Source: Octopus bimaculoides (Eukaryota). From it: a stretch of DNA of 60,574 nucleotides. The position numbers and the translations under genes are program-made. Shown here piece by piece: positions 11,885 through 25,342 of this stretch (position 1 is the first letter of the stretch; every line of letters begins with the position of its first letter). The stretch is from the NCBI RefSeq assembly GCF_001194135.2, contig NC_068984.1:124488441-124549014 (forward strand). The letters run 5' to 3'. The notes below the pieces were generated by a model. The model worked only from the letters and a program-made list of their open reading frames with translations. It was not told the DNA's origin and did no database searches.

Positions 11885-12145
11885 ACTAAATGAACTACGA
11901 AAGTAAAGACCAAACAACAGTTGAAGTCTAACCTTGTATTTCGAAGTTTCGGGGTTAAGACTCCTTCTTCAAGATACGTGGAAAAAGGAGGTGGAATAGG
12001 AGTGAGAGTGTCGTGACTTGTGCGGACTTGTGTCGTTATAACAGCTAACCTGTTTCGTGTAGGTCTTCTTTCTTGTTTCGAGCTGACTTCAGCTAATGCA
12101 TAAAAATGGCCTCTTCGATTCGTAGGTTGCCTGTATTTCGTTCAG
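11885..12145 (-). mobile_element. Penelope-like element 3' remnant (GIY-YIG C-terminus plus hammerhead-like motif)
   Basis: Minus-strand RNTGNLRIEEAIFMH*LKSARNKKED resembles the PLE ..KEAI.I...KP.LN C-terminus; a degenerate hammerhead-like core follows at 11977-11936. Confidence 0.55.
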
Positions 12146-12355
12146 AGGTCCTGAGGAATACTGTACCCATCAAGGCCCTTGAATCTAACCCTGGTGTCGC
12201 GGTGAAAAAAGCTGGAAAACCTGCAGAGTCACTTTACCGATTGATAAGACATCGATTCTTATATTAGGAAGTAGACGAAATACAATACCTGTCCAGCACA
12301 TGTTTTAACCTCATTATTTATATATGCATTACACGCGCGCGCGCACGGACATACA

Positions 12356-12387
<32 letters not shown>

Positions 12388-12655
12388 AATACATATACAT
12401 GCATACATACATACATATAATTAATAATATCAGGGTAACAAAAAAAAAAATTAGAAATTTTTACTACCAGTGGCCTAGCGTGTAGAAAAATTAATCAATA
12501 GACTATATATTATTCATATGAATACAATGTACATTTAAATACACAAGAGGTAACCATCATAGGATACTTGACACGCTAGAAGGAATAGCCAAAATCCAAA
12601 GCGCTATTGCGGATAAATTTCGAAGGGAATGAAAAATAAAAACATTTACCATCTA

Positions 12656-12710
<55 letters not shown>

Positions 12711-13359
12711 TACACGTACTTATCGGAGGGGGGGGGGTGAGTGTGGAAACTGAGATGGAAAAGGTAGTAAAATTGAGAGAGAGAATGGGGCGGGGCTTGA
12801 TAAGACCGATAGAAAAGGATTAGTGACAAAAGTTTGACACATAATTACATATATATACAGACAGAGAAGAAGACGTAGACAGCTGCAAACAAACAGACTC
12901 TTAAAGACAACCTCGCATAAACGTCATGAAAACGAAACTAAGAAAAACATTAAAATAAAGAGACAAGCACTCTGAATCACATATTAACCTCGAACTTTAG
13001 GCGGATGTAAGTTAAAAAGTTGACCAGTTTGTAAATTAGGTGTCTCTAAGATTGTCAACCGAGGTAATACGATGAAAAATTACCTTGTGGTTCGTTATTT
13101 CAACAAGTTTTCTGATACAGACGACAGAAATATGTTGGAATAGTCTACTTGTCAACGGTAATTACATATGTAAGTACACATACGTATATACACACATACA
13201 AAGCACATATACAGAGATATGTAAGAGTGAGTATACGCATATATATGCATTCATATATATATAAATATATGTACGTATGTATGTATGTATGTATGTATGT
13301 ATGTATGCATCTGTGTATCTATGTATCTATGCGCATATATGTACATATATATATATAGA

Positions 13360-14208
13360 CAGAATGCTCGAGTTAAATTAGACGATTTTTTGGTTATTTA
13401 TTTAAGGGACAGACTGATGTATTGCTGAACAGTCAACGACGTTGGAGAGCATGGAGATTAAAGTGATAGCTGAGAAAAAATCAGCTGATATGGAGGACTG
13501 GTAGCCATCTGGATTCTGGAAAAGAGCTACCTGTGATATAATGATTCGCACCTGGTATCAAATTGCCGACAGCATGACTGCTACTCAGCGCTTTGTGAAC
13601 ACAGTAAAGACTCTGAGATATGATATGGACGGATGCAATGGAGACCAAAGAGCCATGGACACAGCAGGCCTTCTTACTGCGTCCGTATGCCAGATTTTAT
13701 CTAACAATTGCAAGACAAAGTTATGGAAGATCTTAACAAGGTCCCATGCTTTGGCAACAGAAATGGGTGTTGGAGTCGCCGCCATAAAGCTGGCCCCGAA
13801 TAAAGACCTTCGCTACAATCGTACAGTTCTAATAGCCAAGGCCAAATACAACCGGTTGAGGAAGATAAAGAAGCTCCCGAACAAACTGAGCCATCCTGTT
13901 GAGTTATGGATTATCTAGTTTTTCTCAGATGAAAGGAACCGCCTGTAAGCTCAAGGCCGAACCGGTGGCCAAGATCAAGGAAGTGTTCGAAGATCTCCGT
14001 TACACAGTAAGGAACGCATGCGCCAAGTTTTGGCGCCATCTTGAAGTCGTCGCGGAATCTGAGGGCGGCTACTTTCAGTAAACTGTTACATCTCAGCTAT
14101 AATCTAGCTGTTAACTTTAATTTTTTAAAAGATACTGTTATTTTTGGGTGGGATATTGTGTTTTGTTTTCCTTTTATGCAATCTGTCAAATTTAGATCGA
14201 GAACTCTG
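13360..14208 (+). mobile_element. Internally deleted Tc1/mariner element (possibly maT/DD37D-like)
   Basis: Imperfect TIRs CAGAATGCTCGAGTTAAATTAGAC and (reverse complement) CAGAGTTCTCGATCTAAATTTGAC, TA at the right end. N-terminal region ..ALATEMGVGVAAIKLA..I*FFSDERN joins directly to the C-terminal KIKEVFEDLRYTVRNACAKFWRHLEVVAESEGGYFQ*. Confidence 0.88.
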
Positions 14209-14214
14209 TATATA

Positions 14215-14264
<50 letters not shown>

Positions 14265-14865
14265 GTGTGTGTGTGAGTTAGCGTGTGAGTGAGTGTGTGT
14301 GCGCACGCAAATGCACACGCACACACACACACACAAACATATATATATATAGGCATATATGTGAATGTATATAATACACATATAATACACGCACACACAC
14401 ACACACACACATGACAAAAGCCATGGTATCTTAAAGATTGTGTATATCTCTGTAATATCTTATTTTGTATATGAGAATTATATTGAAACATCCTTCGCTA
14501 ATGCGTGTGTATGTATGTGTATGTGCGTGTGTAAGAAAGGGAGAAAGAGGGAGAATGTGCGTCAGTGTATGTGTGTGTGTTGCATTCTTATTTTTTCTTT
14601 TTGGTTTATATATTTTAAACATACAAGATTACAAATATGAATGGGGTTTTTTTTTCACAAATACCTTTGCTTTAAATATATATATATACACGGTGGTGCA
14701 TCAGCATGGCCGCAGCTCTAAGCTGAAACTTAAAAAAAAAAAATACATATACATATATACATATATATATCTATACATATACATCTATATATAAAGATAT
14801 ATATATACACACATATACATGCGCATATATATATATATAATATATATACATGCATATATATATGC

Positions 14866-14920
<55 letters not shown>

Positions 14921-15526
14921 NNNNNNNNNNNNNNNNNNNNNNNNNNNNNNNNNNNNNNNNNNNNNNNNNNNNNNNNNNNNNNNNNNNNNNNNNNNNNNNN
15001 NNNNNNNNNNNNNNNNNNNNNNNNNNNNNNNNNNNNNNNNNNNNNNNNNNNNNNNNNNNNNNNNNNNNNNNNNNNNNNNNNNNNNNNNNNNNNNNNNNNN
15101 NNNNNNNNNNNNNNNNNNNNNNNNNNNNNNNNNNNNNNNNNNNNNNNNNNNNNNNNNNNNNNNNNNNNNNNNNNNNNNNNNNNNNNNNNNNNNNNNNNNN
15201 NNNNNNNNNNNNNNNNNNNNNNNNNNNNNNNNNNNNNNNNNNNNNNNNNNNNNNNNNNNNNNNNNNNNNNNNNNNNNNNNNNNNNNNNNNNNNNNNNNNN
15301 NNNNNNNNNNNNNNNNNNNNNNNNNNNNNNNNNNNNNNNNNNNNNNNNNNNNNNNNNNNNNNNNNNNNNNNNNNNNNNNNNNNNNNNNNNNNNNNNNNNN
15401 NNNNNNNNNNNNNNNNNNNNNNNNNNNNNNNNNNNNNNNNNNNNNNNNNNNNNNNNNNNNNNNNNNNNNNNNNNNNNNNNNNNNNNNNNNNNNNNNNNNN
15501 NNNNNNNNNNNNNNNNNNNNNNNNNN

Positions 15527-15590
15527 CTCCTCCTCCTCCTCCTCCTCCTCCTCCTCCTCATCATCATCATCATCGTCGTCGTCGTCATCG

Positions 15591-15659
<69 letters not shown>

Positions 15660-15660
15660 C
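15527..15660. repeat. (TCC)n/(TCA)n trinucleotide tract
   Basis: Direct reading; source of the poly-D/M/S/I ORFs. Confidence 0.97.
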
Positions 15661-15830
15661 TATCCTTACTATTGTTATAATTTATCATCGTTTCTGCTTA
15701 ATTCCCTCCTTTCCCACTGCGACCGTTGTTCCACTACCACATGTTTGTGTTGTTTTGACCTCCCTCTCACCTTCGTTAATCTTTTCTCGATCTCTCTGTC
15801 CTCCTTTTCTCACTCTCTCTCTCATTCCGC

Positions 15831-15869
<39 letters not shown>

Positions 15870-16829
15870 ACACACACACTTACACACAAACACACACGCA
15901 CATATATACAGAGATTATTCCTTATTTATTCAGTGCCATCAGAAAACTTTTAATATAAACTGTACATCGAAATGTCCAACACGGAAGTATGATTTGTCCT
16001 CTTCTTCACCCTCAAAACAATTTATTGCGCTTTTGAAATGTTTGTACTGACTATTTGCCGACACTAATCAACACTTTCTACCTACGATCTTACTGTTTAC
16101 ATTATCCGTATTCCCAAGCAGTTAAGAAGTGATTTACGGGAGATTTAGTTTTTATTTGGACCTGATTGAGCAACTGGATAGAGGCACCCTCATTGACTAG
16201 CAGTGATGGTTGGTGTCGTGTCATCGTTTTTGTAACCATTATTCTCGTTGTTGTTGTGGAAGTTGTTGGTCTCCAGCTGCACATTAGCTCTAATTAAGTT
16301 GCCATATGTCCTTCAAGACACGACCAACCATAATTTTCCCCATAACAAACCCCAAAAATCACATGATCAAATGTGTCCAGTTTTCTATAACAGTAAGGTG
16401 TAGGTGTGTGTGTATGTAATTTTAGGGAGACTTGGTGGATCTACTTTTTTTCATTCGCAAAATATGCATTTTTTAAAAGGAAGTAAAAAGAAATCTGAAA
16501 ATCGGCTATAATACTGTAGCCTTCCAGTCTCATTGCTTTGAAGGTATGATGTTGTGGAGAAAGAAATTCGAGAAAAAAGTTACAGAGGTTTCAAAATAAA
16601 AAAAAACTGTATTTTTGGCCAATAGTGAAACAAATTTTCTGCGTTTAGTGGAGTGGTGTCAACTTTAAAGTTGTACCCTGTGAAATTTATAGTTTAGCGT
16701 CTCACCTGTTCATCTTACTTTTACTTTTGTATCTTCATTGATAATATGGTTTTATTGTTTTTTTAAAAAATTTGTTATATTAAAATATTACACACACGCG
16801 CACACACACACAAACACACACACATATAT

Positions 16830-17040
16830 ATCTGTTTGTGTGTCTGTGTTTGTCCTCCTACCGCCGCTTAACAACTAATGTTGGAGTGTTTATGTCCTCG
16901 TAACTTAGCAGTTCGCTAAAAAGATACTGATAGAATAAGTACTAGTCTTACAATGAATAAACCCTGGGGTCACTTTGTTCATTTAAAGGCGTTGCTCTAG
17001 CATAGCGCCAGTGAAGTGACTGAAACAAATAAAAGAATAA
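16830..17040 (+). mobile_element. SINE family D, 3' half, degenerate
   Basis: TGTGTTTGTCCTCCT..GTGTTTATGTCCTCGTAACTTAGCAGTTCG..GATAGAATAAGTACTAG..GTGACTGAAACAAATAAAAGAAT. Confidence 0.8.
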
Positions 17041-17610
17041 ATAATGAAAGGATATATATATATGCATATATGAGTACAGGACGTCACCAATTGTGTAAAC
17101 AAAATGGAATACGAACCCAAACGCGTCAAATACACAAACAACGAGAGAAATAATGGAAAAGAAACGACATTTCATGTTGTCGGCTGTCTATCTACTCTTT
17201 CAAGCGTTCAATGACAATATGAGTCTTCAAAGACAGTTTCTCCCATGGATTCTAACATAAAATTTAGGATTTATGGAGGGTCAAAGTGGGGAACAAAAAG
17301 AGGACAGTGGAGACATTCAAGGAAACCGAACGAAAACAAACATGGAGATTCGTTAGACCAGAACGAGAGGAAAATAGAGAACGCTGGGAGAAATATTTTC
17401 TTTGAAAAGAGAAAAGATAGATGAGAGAGAAAGAAAACGTCCAGTCATTTGAACGTCCGTGCAGGAAAAGAAAGATGGTGACGTGAGGAAAAGGAACATG
17501 GACGATGGTCACGTGTGAGCAACGAGGAAGATGAGAAGAGAGAGACAGATAGAAAACGGTGAAAGAGGGAAGGGGTAAAGGGAATTATAGAAGGACGGAG
17601 GAAGAAAACA

Positions 17611-17673
<63 letters not shown>

Positions 17674-18074
17674 TCCTTGTGCTTGTTCCTTCACCGCTGC
17701 ATTGTCATGTCTACGTCCCCCTAACTTAGTTGTTTGGCAAAAATACCGATAGAATAAGTACCAGATCGAGAATAAAACAAATAAATAAGCAAAACAAAAA
17801 ACAAAAAAAAATATTAGGTACTATTGACGATTTGCTCCATAAAAACCTTTCGATACCTCATACCATAGAGCTGAATTCCAACTAGTGAAACAATAAGAAA
17901 TGAAAACTATAAGCTATCTTCATTTACATTTATGAATTTGTGTTACAACATTCCTGATGTGAAACCGTGTATTCTATTTCGGGATGGTCATTTTCCTCTT
18001 TTCTTTTTATCCCCGCCAAATATAAACACGCATTATAATAAACACAGGGACTATATATTCATTATTCACTCATT

Positions 18075-18200
18075 TATGACTGTTCTTACTGTAACTCATG
18101 TTGATTGTCCGAAAATATTTTGTCACACATTTGTGACCTCTTCAGCAACACTTTTCATCTTCGTGTGTTCTCTTGCTCCACTTATTTCATTCTCCACAAT
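18075..18200 (-). repeat. Dispersed repeat with hammerhead-like half; paralog of 49590-49725
   Basis: CACACATTTGTGACCTCTTCAGCAACACTTTTCATCTTCGTGTGTTCTCTTGCTC matches the reverse complement of 49630-49708. Confidence 0.75.
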
Positions 18201-18639
18201 GATATCTTAATTGTTTTTAAAGTTTGTTTATTTTATTTATCATTTTTCTTTTTTTATTTTTATAGCTACCCATACTGCCTTTTATTTATAAACATTTCCT
18301 TACAATAAATGCACTAATTGGTATTTTTATATGAAAGATAATGATGTTCATGATCATGTTACATATAGTATTAATGCTGTAAGATTCTTTACAGCTAAAA
18401 ATAGCAGCCAAGGGTCGCAAAAGGTGGGTCAGCCTGTCATTAATTTGAGGAATATCGCCTGCTGTTGTTTATTTCAGGCTAATACCACTGACGAAACACG
18501 AAACTTTTCAAACACACACAACTGCTCATGTTTGTAAATATGCATTTAGACTTAGATATGAATATGTACATATATAATGTCTGTATACATACATACCCAC
18601 GCATCTGTATATACATACATACACCCCCCCACACACACA

Positions 18640-18799
18640 CACATCTATCTATCTATCTATCTATCTATCTATTTTTTTTCATCGTTGTCCCCACTTTTGT
18701 TTTTTTTTCTGCTTTGTTTTCGCCCCCCTCGAAAAGAAAAACTCTACATTTGTATTTTGTCCCCTCTATGTTGAGCCCTGTGTGGCTAATAAAGAAACA

Positions 18800-18892
<93 letters not shown>

Positions 18893-18898
18893 GCCTGC

Positions 18899-18938
<40 letters not shown>

Positions 18939-19100
18939 TTTTTTTTTGATCCCTTTTGATCCCTTTTTTTTTCTTCCCCCTCCCAAAAAGAAAAGCACTA
19001 CATTGTATTTGTCCCATCTTCGTTGAGCCCTGTGTGGCTAATAAAAGAAATGTATCTATCTATCTATCTATTTATCGGTTGATCGATCGATCGATCTATC
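18640..19100 (+). repeat. Two tandem retroposon 3'-end units, each followed by (ATCT)n
   Basis: TTGAGCCCTGTGTGGCTAATAAA(A)GAAA followed by (TATC)n at about 18771 and 19023; similar to the 3' end of the SINE B copy at 42645-42680. Confidence 0.75.
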
Positions 19101-19263
19101 TGTCTATTTACCTACCTGAGATGGTTTGTGTGTGTGTGTTTGTCCGTGTGTGTATGTGTTTGTTCGTGTTTGTGTGTGTTTGTGTGTGTTTGTGTGTGTG
19201 TGTCTGTGTGTGTGTGTGTATGTGTGTGTTTGCTGGTGTGTGTGAATGTTTGTGCGTGTTTGT

Positions 19264-19308
<45 letters not shown>

Positions 19309-19536
19309 TGTTTGCGCGTGTGTATTTACTGTGTTCCCATATCACCATATATTGGAGAGAAATTAATCGCAGGTTTAAGCTGACGAAAGAAATCATTAAA
19401 GTCACAGAAGACAAACGCCAGATGCTATAAACACAGATAGTCAAACAACGCTACCTCGGTTTCTAACAAACGCTGACGAAGTACTAATGCGCATCGCATT
19501 ATCTACTTTCTAGCACTCTCTTTCCTCCCTCTGTGT

Positions 19537-19577
<41 letters not shown>

Positions 19578-19736
19578 GTTATACACTATCACACACATAC
19601 ACCCATTCATGCATGCATATATATATATATATATATATACAGATATATCAGATGAATCAGTAGTTCTTTGACTGCTATTTCTAAATTTTCAGTATGTTGG
19701 TGAAGCAACTTATGCTGACCCCTGTATATTTATGAT

Positions 19737-19767
<31 letters not shown>

Positions 19768-19774
19768 ATATATA

Positions 19775-19975
19775 TATTCTTTTATTCTTTTACTTGTTTC
19801 AGACATTTGACTGCGGCCATGCGGGAGCGCCTCCTTTAGTCGAACACATCAACCCCAGGACTTTAAGCCTAGTACTTATTCTATAGGTCTCTTGTGTCGA
19901 ACCGCTAAATTACGGGGACGTAAACACACCAACATCAGTTGTCAAGCGACGCTGGGGGACAAACACAGACGCACA
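19775..19975 (-). mobile_element. SINE family D, 3' half, running into (TACA)n and a gap
   Basis: TTTTACTTGTTTCAGACATTTGACTGCGGCCATGC..CCGCTAAATTACGGGGACGTAAACACACC..GGACAAACACAGAC. Confidence 0.88.
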
Positions 19976-21051
19976 AGTACATACATACATACATACATAC
20001 ATACATNNNNNNNNNNNNNNNNNNNNNNNNNNNNNNNNNNNNNNNNNNNNNNNNNNNNNNNNNNNNNNNNNNNNNNNNNNNNNNNNNNNNNNNNNNNNNN
20101 NNNNNNNNNNNNNNNNNNNNNNNNNNNNNNNNNNNNNNNNNNNNNNNNNNNNNNNNNNNNNNNNNNNNNNNNNNNNNNNNNNNNNNNNNNNNNNNNNNNN
20201 NNNNNNNNNNNNNNNNNNNNNNNNNNNNNNNNNNNNNNNNNNNNNNNNNNNNNNNNNNNNNNNNNNNNNNNNNNNNNNNNNNNNNNNNNNNNNNNNNNNN
20301 NNNNNNNNNNNNNNNNNNNNNNNNNNNNNNNNNNNNNNNNNNNNNNNNNNNNNNNNNNNNNNNNNNNNNNNNNNNNNNNNNNNNNNNNNNNNNNNNNNNN
20401 NNNNNNNNNNNNNNNNNNNNNNNNNNNNNNNNNNNNNNNNNNNNNNNNNNNNNNNNNNNNNNNNNNNNNNNNNNNNNNNNNNNNNNNNNNNNNNNNNNNN
20501 NNNNNNNNNNNNNNNNNNNNNNNNNNNNNNNNNNNNNNNNNNNNNNNNNNNNNNTATATATATATATATATATATATACAATATACACGGTGGTGCACCA
20601 GCATGACCGCAGCCACTTGGCTGAAACCCATAAATAAATAAATATACTAACGAATTCTTTTACAATGCTTAGAAAAACGGATGGACCGCTGTAATAAGTG
20701 TATGAATATGAAAGAGGAATATGCTGAATAAACTCATAGTTAACTGATAACTCCTGTATTTTTTTACCCAAAATCACGGACTTTGCAGCATTTCATATAC
20801 ATACATACATATATGCAAACATACATACATACGTATGTACGTACATTCATACATACATATCTATACATATACATACACACATACACATATTAGATAGATA
20901 TACACACAATACATATATACATACATACATGCATACGTATATAGTGAAATCGAATATCCAATGAATAATCGAACATAAAAATATATCAATAACAAAACAA
21001 GAGGGCGTACAAATGGAATGTATTAGTTTAACTCTCATTAATATATACATA

Positions 21052-21101
<50 letters not shown>

Positions 21102-21372
21102 NNNNNNNNNNNNNNNNNNNNNNNNNNNNNNNNNNNNNNNNNNNNNNNNNNNNNNNNNNNNNNNNNNNNNNNNNNNNNNNNNNNNNNNNNNNNNNNNNNN
21201 NNNNNNNNNNNNNNNNNNNNNNNNNNNNNNNNNNNNNNNNNNNNNNNNNNNNNNNNNNNNNNNNNNNNNNNNNNNNNNNNNNNNNNNNNNNNNNNNNNNN
21301 NNNNNNNNNNNNNNNNNNNNNNNNNNNNNNNNNNNNNNNNNNNNNNNNNNNNNNNNNNNNNNNNNNNNNNNN

Positions 21373-21410
<38 letters not shown>

Positions 21411-22610
21411 TGTATATATAAACACTTTATAATTGCCATACATACCATATGTTTGCTTATGACAATGACAACTGTATTTACAAACACACTGTTTCAATAA
21501 TAGAAAGGTATGTATGCTTACACGTGTGCTCATATTAAAATAAGAAGCCCTTCTCCTGGGGTGACATTTACAAGTTTGAACAATCTTTGACTAATTACTT
21601 CGTAACAATATCTACATACCTATCCCTTAAATCTGTTACTATAACAACTGATATTTGACCTTTACTTCAACATTTGTCACTACCATTTATTTACGGTTTT
21701 TTGTAAATAAATCATAATTTTTATGTGGGTAGGTCTACTTTATAAAACAAATCTCATATTCTTGTGTATTTAGTATTATTTCTTACATGCTGTCATAAGG
21801 AATCCGACATTACTTTCATACGGGGAAAATATATTGAATCGATCACATAAGGGCACCAAGAAAATAACCTATAATTTTTCATTTTTTTCTTTCATCTCCA
21901 AGTGAGCTCTGATCGTGCCACATCTATGAAACGAATTCAATCTAGCTAAGACTATCTAGTCTGTTTTTTTTCTTTATCCATATTTCGTTTTCGAAATAAA
22001 GGTACACGGAACTATATAATCTAATACATTTATCATTAAAAGTTCTACTGTGTAGTTCAAAAACGATTTGGATGTTTTTTTCTAACAGATATAGAGAATT
22101 CCTTAAGGCATCCCTACTAGCTCATGACACACAAATCTTTTATCAATGCGTAATTTGAACTCCCATCATAAAGGAACGTATCTGCTGTTTCATGGCCAAG
22201 GAACTTTTTGAAGATTAGCGATGGATTTTCATTTTGCTTAAATATAAATTGGATTGAAGTGAATATCTTCGGAAATTTACATGTATATTTCTGTACTACA
22301 AGAAATCGTCACGGCGAATGCACTCTTTCTACGCAAGTGTTTGAAGTAACTATTTGCAGAAACATCTCGATGTCTTGGAAGGTTCCCGTAGAGTAAATAT
22401 AAGCATAGGTTTGTAATGTGGTCACTTTTCCGATATGTTTTTACTGCTCAATTATTAACAAGGATCATTGGTTATAGACCCTACAACAAGAGTGCTCACG
22501 AATTAATTTGTAATTAGTTGCAAATCACTCTCGTTCTATGAATAACTCGTTCAGTAAAATCAAGAGGTATTTACAAGTTTCACGTCTTTCTAATTACCAA
22601 ACGCGTGCGC

Positions 22611-22676
<66 letters not shown>

Positions 22677-22729
22677 ACTTATAGGCACAAATCTGAAAGT
22701 TTTCAGAGTGGGGCTAGTCAATTACATCG

Positions 22730-22894
22730 AACCCTGGTGTTCAATTGTTACGCATTTTATCAGCCCCACACGTCAACCCCATTTGCACAACTGGTACTTA
22801 CGACCTCGAAAAGATGAAAGGTGAAGTGGACCTCGGCGGAATATGAACTTAGAACGAGAAGACGGACGAAATGCTGCTAAATATTTTGCCCGGC
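22730..22894 (-). mobile_element. SINE family B, interrupted in its head by the long-TIR MITE
   Basis: GAAAAGATGAAAGGTGAAGTGGACCTCGGCGGAAT..GACGGACGAAATGCTGCTAAATATTTTGCCCGGCG, then the MITE starts; ATGATTCTGCC after the gap (23830) looks like the rest of the head. Confidence 0.75.
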
Positions 22895-23220
22895 GGGATC
22901 TATTTTAAAACAGGGGCGCCAGTTTTCATTTATGTTTTATGTAGTGTTTTTGGCACGGAAAGACTTTCAAACTTCGTATACTTATCTATTTTGTGTTATA
23001 GAACAGAAAAATATTTTTGTATTCGAATTTATTTCATGTAAAAAATTGTCTTATTTCGATAATTTCTACTAATCACTGACGTCTATTCAGTTGAAAACAG
23101 TTAGCGCTGTAACGGTGTATATCGTATTAATCCCCTAACCCTAACACTAACCCTAACTAGACTGTTAACCGTAACCCTAACCGTAACCCTAACCCTAAAA
23201 CTAACCCTAACTCGAGAATC
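22895..23220. mobile_element. Long-TIR MITE, left arm plus degenerate (CCCTAA)n, running into a gap
   Basis: GGGATCTATTTTAAAACAGGGG... is complementary to 1639-1819; (CCCTAA)-like array at 23133-23210. Confidence 0.82.
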
Positions 23221-24472
23221 NNNNNNNNNNNNNNNNNNNNNNNNNNNNNNNNNNNNNNNNNNNNNNNNNNNNNNNNNNNNNNNNNNNNNNNNNNNNNNNN
23301 NNNNNNNNNNNNNNNNNNNNNNNNNNNNNNNNNNNNNNNNNNNNNNNNNNNNNNNNNNNNNNNNNNNNNNNNNNNNNNNNNNNNNNNNNNNNNNNNNNNN
23401 NNNNNNNNNNNNNNNNNNNNNNNNNNNNNNNNNNNNNNNNNNNNNNNNNNNNNNNNNNNNNNNNNNNNNNNNNNNNNNNNNNNNNNNNNNNNNNNNNNNN
23501 NNNNNNNNNNNNNNNNNNNNNNNNNNNNNNNNNNNNNNNNNNNNNNNNNNNNNNNNNNNNNNNNNNNNNNNNNNNNNNNNNNNNNNNNNNNNNNNNNNNN
23601 NNNNNNNNNNNNNNNNNNNNNNNNNNNNNNNNNNNNNNNNNNNNNNNNNNNNNNNNNNNNNNNNNNNNNNNNNNNNNNNNNNNNNNNNNNNNNNNNNNNN
23701 NNNNNNNNNNNNNNNNNNNNNNNNNNNNNNNNNNNNNNNNNNNNNNNNNNNNNNNNNNNNNNNNNNNNNNNNNNNNNNNNNNNNNNNNNNNNNNNNNNNN
23801 NNNNNNNNNNNNNNNNNNNNNNNNTGGAAATGATTCTGCCTTCATTACATAGAGAGAGTGACAGACGTGCAAATATATATATATATTTATAAAAAGCATC
23901 AACCAAATAACAACACACAAAGCAAAATCAAACACAGAAACAAGACCAAAAATATATACAGAAAGAGAAATAAATATATAGGACAATCAGACATAAAGCA
24001 GACAGTTTTCAGAGCGAAATACATTCAGCATGAACTTGTAGATTTAGTTGTCTCCGTTTCCTCTTTAGTTCCGTCTGTGACAACGGGTTTTAAAGCGACA
24101 CTCTGCTTTATCGCTTGTAACCGTAGAGGACATGAGGAAGATGTCTGTTTGAAATACATTGTGATAAGAGATGAAATTGAAACCGTCTCTCTGAAATTAA
24201 TGGTGGAGATATTTCATTAATTTACTATTATTACAAGCAACTTGTTTCATTACTGGCTATATTTAAATAGAATAGAAAAGCAAAATAACAACAACAACAA
24301 CAAAAAAATGAATAATATTAAGGAATGGATTATATCCACGGGTGGTGTTGGGTGGTAGGATGTGAAAGAAGCGAGACTGGTGACTAACTGATGGTGGCCT
24401 AACATTTTTTATATGTAGGTGGAATATGTGTGTTTGGGTGTGGGTGTGCGCGCGCGCATGCATATATGTATA

Positions 24473-24524
<52 letters not shown>

Positions 24525-24695
24525 TATATATAATGTACATATGTATGTATCTTTATATACATATACATATATATATGTGTGTGTATGTGTGTGTATGTAT
24601 ATGTGTGCGTGCGCGTGTTTGTGTGTATGTACGAAATGTATATATGTTTGTGCATATATACATTCATCTATATATACATACATACATACATACAC

Positions 24696-24809
<114 letters not shown>

Positions 24810-25342
24810 CACGTAAGTGTGTGTGCATATGTTATATATATTAGATAGTAAGTTTCAAATATCAAAGTGCCCAGAACTAAATATAATGAATATAGAGTTT
24901 GTCTATATACATTTTTTTCACAGTTATTAAAAATCTTCTCATTCCATTCTTACTGTAACTTTCAAAATGCTGAAACACATTTGAACATCTAATGACAAAT
25001 ATGGATTGACTTCTTAATCCCAACCACTGCAACGCTTCACTCAATTGAGCAATGATTTTGAGCTCAATGCAGAATTTCCTTTCAGTGCCCATAGTACCTC
25101 ACTTCTATTGAAGCCGTACAGACGCCATGATATTTGGTTATAGGTGTTCGACGTTTTTGAGCATTTTCAAATGGGATAACTTTTAATGTTTGAGGACAAT
25201 AAGTAATGTTATCAAACTTATCATTCAAGCTTCGGTAAGTGACGTTAATGATTGTACTGGAAATCGCCCGCATCCCGCTAAGATGTTCGTCTCAAATTTT
25301 TCTCAGAAGACCAGCAATTTCGGAGCAAGTGGTAAGTCGATT

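Noticed and set aside
19335-19495. CTGACGAAG hammerhead half-site (similar half-sites at 50149, 26415 and 11041)
   Set aside because: No stem II plus GAAA partner; cannot be called ribozymes.
22300-22395. Minus-strand FQDIEMFLQIVTSNTCVERVHS, similar to the hAT SNA..ER.FS motif
   Set aside because: Too short and divergent, with no TIRs nearby.
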